From positions 6,459,363 to 6,523,362 of the forward strand of contig NC_083433.1 in NCBI RefSeq assembly GCF_020745735.1: a DNA stretch of 64,000 nt. Direction: 5' to 3'. Made by a program: the position numbers and the translations under genes. Below, one piece after another: positions 51,935 to 64,000 of the stretch (positions are counted from its first letter, which is position 1; every line of letters starts with the position of its first letter). The notes beneath the pieces were generated by a model. That model worked only from the letters and a program-made list of their open reading frames with translations, was not told the origin of the DNA and searched no databases. Source of the stretch: Hemiscyllium ocellatum (Eukaryota).

Positions 51935-54900
51935 GAAGGGAAGGTCTTGCCTTACAAGTCTTATTGAATTCTTTGAGGACGTGACCAAGCATGTGGATGA
52001 GGGTAGAGCAGTGGATGTAGTGTACATGGATTTTAGTAAGGCATTTGATAAGGTTCCCCATGGTAGGCTTATGCGGAAAGTCAGGAGGCATGGGATAGAG
52101 GGAAACTTGGCCAATTGGATTGAAAACTGGCTAACCGGTCGAAGTCAGAGAGTGGTGGTAGATGGTAAATATTCAGCCTGGAGCCCAGTTACAAGTGGAG
52201 TTCCGCAGGGATCAGTTCGGTCCTCTGCTGTTTGTAATTTTTATTAATGACTTGGATGAGGGAGTCGAAGGGTGGGTCAGTAAATTTGCAGATGATACGA
52301 AGATTGGTGGAGTTGTGGACAGTGAGGAGGGCTGTTGTCGGCTGCAAAGGGACTTAGATATGATGCAGAGCTGGGCTGAGGAGTGGCAGATGGAGTTCAA
52401 CCCTGACAAGTGTGAGGTTGTCCATTTTGGAAGAACAAATAAGAATGCGGAATAAAGGGTTAACGGTAGAGTTCTTAGTCAGGTAGAGGAACAGAGGGAT
52501 CTTGGGGTCTATGTACATAGATCTTTGAAAGTTGCCACTCAGGTGGATAGAGCTTGTAAGAAGGCCTATGGTGTATTAGCATTCATTACTGGAGGGATCG
52601 AATTCAAGAGTCGTGAAGTGATGTTGCAGCTGTACAGGACTTTGGTTAGGCCACATTTGGAGTACTGTGTGCAGTTCTGGTCGCCTCACTTTAGGAAAGA
52701 TGTGGAAGCTTTGGAGAGGGTGCAGAGAAGATTTACCAGGATGTTGCCTGGAATGGAGAATAGGTCGTACGAGGACAGGTTGAGAGTTCTCGGCCTTTTC
52801 TCGTTGGAATGGCGAAGGATGAGGGATGACTCGATAGAGGTTTATAAGATGATCAGAGGAATAGATAGAGTAGACAGTCAGAAACTTTTTCCCCGGGTAC
52901 AACAGAGTATTACAAGGGGACATAAATTTAAGGTGAAGGGTGGAAGGTATAGGGGAGATGTCAGGGGTGGGTTCTTTTCCCAGAGAGTGGTGGGGGCATG
53001 GAATGCGCTGCCCGTGGCAGTGGTAGAGTCAGAATCATTGACGACCTTTAAGCAGCAATTGGACAGGTACATGGATGGGTGCTTAATCTGGGATAGATGT
53101 TCGGCACAACATTGTGGGCCGAAGGGCCTGTTCTGTGCGGTATTGTTCTATGTTCTATGTTCTATGTACACATTCTCTCTGTGTCTGCGTGCTCCAGTTT
53201 CCTCCCACAGTCCAAAAATGTGCAGTTTATGGTGGATTCGTGATGGGAAATTGTCCATAGAGTCCAGGGGTGTGTAGGTAGCTGGATTAGCCATGGGAAA
53301 TGAGGGATCACAGAGATAAGGTAAGAAGGGGTGTATGGGTAAGATGCTTTTCTAAGGGTCAGAGTGAATTCAATGGGCTGAATGGCTTACTTTCACACTG
53401 TCGGGATTCTAAGATGGATGACTAAAGATTGAGATTTTAATGAATCGTGTGGCATTTTTCAAACATGTGAGACCAACATAAACAATGGGTAATCATAACT
53501 GCAATAGCAACCAGGGTGGCACCCATTCAGAGGGGTAATGATACAACCAGATGGAGCAGTATGTATAAAGATTAAATCATTTGGCTACAATCAGTGCAGA
53601 GTTACAAGTTGTTAGTTGTCACCCGATTGCTGCTAACAGAAACGGTTGGAGAATATTGTGGGGGCAAGGAGGGAATATTCAGCTCAATCATCTGGATTAT
53701 TTCCTTACATATACTAGGAACTTTCTTTTTGGAATTCCTGGGGCAGAATTCCTCTTCCTAATATCTGTACTGGACAAGAACTGAAGGATGTTATTTGATG
53801 AGCACTGTGCTCCTGTATTAATTGGCTCCCTTGCAAAAGGAGACAGTAATTATAGGTCAGATTTGATTGAGTGTAGCATCTTTTGGTGATTTGAATCCAG
53901 AGACCTTGCACTGAGCTCTGACTGACCAAGGAGGTCACACAAGTTCTCAGGAAGTCTATTCCAGTCAAGTGAGTTCACACCCAGCCCAACTGTTGGAGGG
54001 TAGAGGGTCCCTTTCCTACAAGCCCAGATGAGTCAGCAATTGTTCTTGTACAAAGCAGCATTGTCTGCTATGAAGACAGCCTCTTACAGAAGTTGCAGAT
54101 CAGTAACATTATGACTACACTGATGCATCTCAAAAGGAAAAGCATCTTTTCCATGCCACCCACTTTTTAATTAGTCTACTCCCATTTGGGATATAATGTC
54201 ACCATACTTATCTAATCCATGTAATTATTGGACAGTTATCTTTCCCTCCACTACTATCTCTAAGCAGTCCATTCCAGAGACTGCACCCTCCAGTCTCTGC
54301 ATCTCTCCCTCTAAAAACATATGCCCTGTCATTTTAGCCTCCCCTACTGAGGGGGGAGAAAACTCCCTCAATTTCACTCCTACAGAACACTGGAGGGATT
54401 GCACGTATTCTGCAAAATGCAGAAACTGCTAACAGAGTCAGAGTCAACACTGGAAAAGCAATGAAGACATTTGAGCTTTGCACAATGCTCCAAAGACAGA
54501 TTGGACATAAAGCAAGCAGTTCTATGGAGGGCATTCCCAATGAATTGGGAACAGCAGTGGGACTGGTCTAAGTCCAGACTTGCCAGGAAGCCAGTATTGC
54601 CAAATTCCCTCAAAAAAAACCTACATGGAATAAATCTGATCACTTGTGCCATGACTACATTTATGGCCAGTCCTCCTGTTTGGAGAGGAGGAGATTTATA
54701 AACCCAGTGTCTGTTCTTCTCAACATGTCTCAGCCAATGGCTAATATTACACCCTCCCAAGAGGGACAATTCAAACTGGATTGAAGCCACCTGAATAGCA
54801 AGCTCTCAGGATAAACTGCTCCTTTTTATTGTGGTATGGATTTTCCACAACAGGTTACATCTCATCATACCTCTTCACAACTGAGGCATTCATCCAAACA

Positions 54901-55042
54901 AGTAAACAAAGTACAATATTGAACAGTTTATTTACACTTGGCATTTTCACAATAGAGGGCTGGTCACTTTTTAAAGAAGAGTGACCTTACTCTGCACACC
55001 TCCAATACCAAAAAGTTACACAGCTTGCTCCCTGCAGTCAGT

Positions 55043-57727
<2,685 letters not shown>

Positions 57728-59854
57728 CTTCACTATTCCTACTCACTATCACTAAAACTAAATTTATTTCCCCCACTAGTTGTTGTATTTATCCTCCTGG
57801 GACATCCTGCACTCAACCAAGGCGTGGCAGCACCAATCATGATTGACAATCCCTGACAGCCGCTCAAGAATTTCCAATAATCCAGGCACCAATGAACACA
57901 ACAGGGAGGACTGTGAGGGAGGAGCTGAGACCCAGAACCAATCAGAGATCTGGAAGATAGACAGGTTTGAGAGATGAAATTTAATGATATCATTGCTCTT
58001 GGAGTAATAGATTCTGTGCACACTCCAAACTAGCTGGATGTGACTGAATGACAAATGAATTGTCTTGTCGTTGGAAACACGATATTAACCTTCTCTTCAC
58101 CTTTACCAAACATATGAATGTGTCCCAGAATTTTACCTGACAAATTAAATGCTAAGGTTTTATTTTTGCTAGCTTCAAAATGGACCAAATTTCAAATGTT
58201 CATTCATTAATGGGACATGGGCATCGCGAGCTGGTCCAACATTTATTGTATGTCCCTGGTTGCCCTTCTGAAGGTGATGGTGAACTGCCTTCTTGAACCG
58301 AAGCAGTCAATTGACTTAGCTCCACCCACAGGACTGTTAGGGAGGGGGATCCAGGACTTTGACCCAGTGACACTGAAGAAACGCCAATGTATTTCCAAGT
58401 CAGGATGGTGAGTGACTTGGAGGGACCTTCCTTGTCCTTGTATATGGTATCGGTCGTGTGTTTGGAAGGTGCAGACTCAGGTCCCGGAGAGAATTACTCT
58501 CGTACATCTGGTGGATAGTACACACAGCTGCCACTGAGTGTCAGTGGAAGGGGGAGTGAATATTTGTGGATGTGGTGCCAATCAAGTGGGCTGCTTTGAC
58601 CTGGGTGGTGTTGAGCTTCTTGTATGTTGCTGGAGGTGTACTCATTCAGGGAATTAGGGAATATTGCATCTCACTCCTGAGTTGTGTTTTGAAGGTGGGA
58701 GACAGGCTGTTGGGAGTCAGAGATTGGTTACTTGTTGCAGGATCCTTAGCCTCACTGAATTTATCTGACCAGTCCCGTTCATATTCTGGTCAATGGTAAT
58801 CCCAGGATATTGATAGTGGGGTATTCAGCCATGGTAATGTTATTGAATGTCATGGGGTAATGGTTAGATTCTCCTTTGGTGGAGGTGGCTGTTGCCTGGT
58901 ACTTGTATGGCTCAAATATAAATTGTCAATTGTCAGCCCAAACCTGGATATTGTCCAATCCTTACCATATATGGACATGGACCACTTCACTTAATGAGAA
59001 ATTATAAGCTACTTTGTAAAAGCAGTTGAGAAATAAAACCAGAACATGCTGGAGAGTCTCCGTGTGTCTGGCCGAATCTGTGGGAGGAAGCATAGAGTTA
59101 ATGTTGTGTCCAATGACTGAGTCAAAATGTGACTCAAATTATTAACTCTGTTTCTCTCTCCAAAGAGGCCGGCAGCTCTGCTGAGATTCTTCAGCAATTT
59201 CTGCTGTGGTTCCAGATTTCCATTTTCTGCAGCATTTTGCTTTTTGTTTTATTGAAGTGGTTGAAGTCCAAGGTGAGGTGGAGATGTGTTCCCTTTGATT
59301 AACTTCAGTGTGAGATAGGCCTGACAGAGTGGCTTTGATTCCCATCTGGAGCCACCAATAACATCATGAGAAGCCTCTTGTGAAAGTTTCCTGTGGGCAC
59401 AGTTGATGTGTCTGACCAGAAACTGTATTCATGTATTTTTGCTCATTCTGGTCAAACACGATCCAACACACATTGATATCCAGCGGTCACAAAGACCTTA
59501 TACAAATGGATGGACATCACATGGTCACTCAATTGTTACCAGAGACTTTGAAAAATGCCTTTGGATACTGCCTCTGGGGATAACTATTGACTGATCCTTT
59601 AGCTAAGATTACATTGAATTTAGTATCCCTAATATATTCGGGAGCAGGGATGGGGATAGATTCAAAACAAAATCAAGGTGGTGAACAACAAACTCCTACA
59701 GATGATTTTCTTCACAATGACAGATGAAATAGGACTATAAATACCTTAGTGAGTTACAAGGACATTAATATATTGTTTCATTGCTGTTCCCATCAAATTC
59801 CTAACATACTATTCTATGGGATGTGGGTAATGGCCAGGCCAGCATTTACCCCAT

Positions 59855-59982
59855 TCCTGAAGAAGGGCTCATGCTCGAAATGTCGAATCTCCTGCTCCTT
59901 GGATGCTGTCTGACCTGCTGCGCTTTTCCAGCAACACATTTTCAGCTCTGATCTCCAGCATCTGCAGTCCTCACTTTCTCCT
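59855..59982 (+). mobile_element. Very short PLE family B insertion starting at its hammerhead motif (59853-59888)
   Basis: Empty site TTTACCCCATCCCTAGAGCC at ~42784-42803. CCCCAT is duplicated around the insertion. Confidence 0.82.
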
Positions 59983-61801
59983 CCCCATCCCTAGAGCCAA
60001 TCATATTGCTGTAGGTGAGTCTGGAGTCCCGTGTAGGCCAGCTCAGGTAAGGACAGCAGATTTCTTTCCCTGAAGAGCATTTGTGAACCAGGTCGGGATT
60101 CTCCCTGACAACGGACAACAGCTTCATGGTCCGAGAACGTGGTGCTGGAAAAGCACAGCAGGTCAGGCAGCATCCAAGGAGCAGGGGAATTGATGTTTGG
60201 GGTATGAGCCCTCCATCAGGATGAAAGGCTGATACCCGAAATGTCAACCAGGGCCGATGGGCCTATACTGTGCTGTAATGTTTTCCTGCTCCTCAGATGC
60301 TGCCTGACCTGCTGTGCTTTTCTAGCACCACACTTTTTGACTCTGAGCCCCCACATCTACATTCTTCACTTTCTCCTAACAGCTCCATAGTCCTCTTTAG
60401 ATTGTATTCAATAAAGATCTGGAATCCTAACTGCACCAGCTGCAATGGCTGGATTTGAAACACACCCCCAGCCCACCAGGTCTCGTGCTAATGGCACTAG
60501 TTCATTACCTTTACTGCCTTAGACACTGAATAACTGCAGTCAGCATTTTAATCCATGTATACACGATGAAAGAAATGGAGATAGGTGGAAGGTACATCTT
60601 GTGATCAAGTATTGCAAAGCACCTAAATAGAAAGGTAACATGATGGGAAACACCTACTATTGGCTTGCCAAACTGACTGAAGAGAAAATATTTGGATGTG
60701 GAGGAGGGTAAAGGTGAAGCATTTACCTCTGAATTTGCTCAATGTCTTGCCTAAATGGGTTAATGGAGCACAGTTCCACAGATTCCTCTCCTACCACCAT
60801 GTTAACCTGGTGGATGTTGAACGTTACCTGTCTATGTTCTAAAGAGATTTAGAAAGAGTTTGTTTGAAATAAAAGAACCTTATGGTAGAGTTGAGCATTA
60901 TCTAAATGCTGTCAGCCTGGGACATTTTGAATGTAGTTCTTCACTGACTGTGCGCAGGGTTAAACTTCCCCAGTGAGTCAGGTCCTAGGTCTACCACTTA
61001 AGACTACTGTGATATTCTATGGATTCACCAAGCTTTCCGGTTCCTCTCTAGATTTGAGATTACTGAAACTAGATGGTCCACTTTAGAACCTAAACAAATT
61101 CCAACCTTACAGGTTAGACCATAAAATTGGCAGGACGGTATCCTCAACACTTCTCACAGCTTAATGAGCTACATAGATAAGCAAAGGCTAGAGGCTGAAA
61201 AGAAAAATCAGCAAGTTTAATACAGGTGTAACTTCAGAGAGAAAAAAAACCTTACTCTGAAATTTGCTCTAATTTAGTAATGCAAAGAGTGGAAAAGCTG
61301 GTTTTGGATTTAAAAACCACAACAGCTGAGGTTGTGATCTAACTGATGGTTGGATGGTGTTAGGAAAGTTACCAGTGGCCCTGACCTTTGCACGAAACGG
61401 TTCAGGAAGAAGTTTGTAAAACTCCTCTTGAAGATCAGAATGTGGTAGAGTGCCCATCCCCCACTGTACTGGAGAAACATTTACTCCATAAACCCAGCTC
61501 TGTACCTAGCCTTACACCCACCTCACATACTATTTGCTGTTGGGGTGGGAGTGGAACTCTGATTGGGACAGGGATAAACGAGTGATCTGGATCAAGAGAT
61601 CCTCTGACAGCAAGTCCCAGCACAGACCTGTATACACACAGTTTGACCCAGTAGTCAAACACAAACCAATCCAACAATGAGCAGTTTATTTACAGCTGGT
61701 ACATTCCATCAAGCCCAGGACAGTGAGTTACTTCTACAAGCTTCAGTTTCTATAGATCTCATGCATAGAATAAAAAAGACGACTTCCTCCCTGCAGTCAG
61801 T

Positions 61802-62853
<1,052 letters not shown>

Positions 62854-62952
62854 CTGGGGGAAGGAGAGAAAAATCAAGTGTCATCTAAAGCTCCAAAAGC
62901 AATTCAAGATCTTCAATTGAAATAGTTTTCAAGTAGTCAGTCAATGTAACAG

Positions 62953-63768
62953 CCCTCTCGTTCTGGACTCCCTGACCCCAGGGAACAGACTTTGCCTGTT
63001 TATCCTATCCATGCCACTCAATTTTGTAAACCTCTAAGGTCACCCCTCAGCCTCTGACAATCCAGGGAAAACAGCCCCAGCCTGCTCAGCCTCACCTATA
63101 GCTCAAATCCTCCAACCCTGGCAACATCCTTGTAAATCTTTTCTGAACCCTTTCAAGTTTCACAACATCTTTCCAATAGGAAGGAGACCAGAATTGCACA
63201 CAATATTCCAACAGTGGCTTAACCAGTGTCCTGTACAGCCACAGGATGACCTCCCAACTCCTGTACTCAATACTCTGACCAATAAATGAAAGCATACCAA
63301 ATGCTTTCTTCACTATCCTAGTGGCCTGCGACTCCACTTCCAAGGAGCTATGAACATGCACTCCAAGGTCTGTTCAGCAACACTCCCCAGGACCTTACCA
63401 TTAAGTGTACAAGTCCTGCTAAGATTGGTTTTTCTAAAATGCAGCACCTCACATTTATCCGAATTAAACTCCATCTCACTTCACAGCCCATTTTGGTCCA
63501 GATCTTGTTGTAATCTGAGGCAACCCTCTTCACTTTCCACTACATCTCCAATTTTGGAGTCACCTGCAAACTTACAAACCATGCCTCCTTATGTTCACAT
63601 CCAAAGTCGTTTAGAAGTGAAAATGAGTGGACCCAGCACAGATTCTGGTGGCACTCCACTGGTCACAGGCCTCCAGTTTGAAAAATGACCCTTCACCACC
63701 ACACTCTTGGACCTTTGAGCCATTTCTGTATCCAAATGGTCAGTTCTCCCTGTACTCCATGAAATCTA
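62953..63768 (-). mobile_element. CR1 ORF2 fragment in intron 1 of copy 9
   Basis: Same insertion point and sequence as 56015-56829. Confidence 0.88.
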
Positions 63769-64000
63769 AGCTAGATTCAGCTCATTATTTCAGCTGAAAT
63801 TCATTGAAGCTAAAGGATTAGGTTTCATGCCGAGAATTTAGGGTCAACTTGTGTCAGAGTCTGTAGTACATCCAGCTTTCAATGGATTAAACCAAAGTGC
63901 CCTACGTTCCTTAGTAGAGGAGATTTTTCATAACAGGATAGATCTCTCCACAGTCTCTCAATGATGGGTGAGATAGTCTGACATGGTAGGGTTTACTGCC

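Larger units (their letters stand above)
47721..53166 (+). mobile_element. Near full-length CR1 LINE (ORF1 zinc finger/leucine zipper + SGNH esterase; ORF2 APE + RT), inactivated
   Basis: ORF1: CSSC..CRKC, VIGDSLVRG, HIGTND, DGLHLN. ORF2: FNTRSIRNK, GVYYRPPN, MGDFNFP, DFSKAFDKV, GVPQGS, FADDTK. (GTTCTAT)3 tail. Stops at 48202 and 52453, frameshifts near 49285 and 52218. Confidence 0.95.

Overview
Vertebrate genomic DNA, probably a cartilaginous fish (inferred only from the HE1/V-SINE-like, CR1 and Penelope repeat content). The window is a head-to-tail tandem array of four-exon ferritin genes, all on the minus strand: eight complete copies, a ninth lacking exon 1 (off the right edge), and the promoter of a further copy at the left edge. 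All visible copies have intact frames, GT-AG phase-0 introns and a complete ferroxidase centre (176 aa, middle/heavy-B type; copy 1 is 173 aa). Exons are nearly identical, including at synonymous sites, while introns and flanks form an incongruent mosaic, indicating exon-focused gene conversion and unequal crossover. None of the eight complete copies shows an iron-responsive element in its predicted ~43-nt 5'UTR. Instead they share a compact promoter with GATAAA at about -32, an Inr, CACCC, a CRE/AP-1-like site and 3-4 CCAAT boxes. Spacers and introns hold SINEs, CR1/L2 fragments, a near full-length CR1 with nested insertions, a probable solo LTR and many Penelope-like elements carrying minimal hammerhead-ribozyme motifs. 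Paralogue comparison also reveals at least four micro-inversions. Coordinates were counted by hand; exon boundaries were checked against codon counts, while repeat boundaries are approximate unless a TSD is given.
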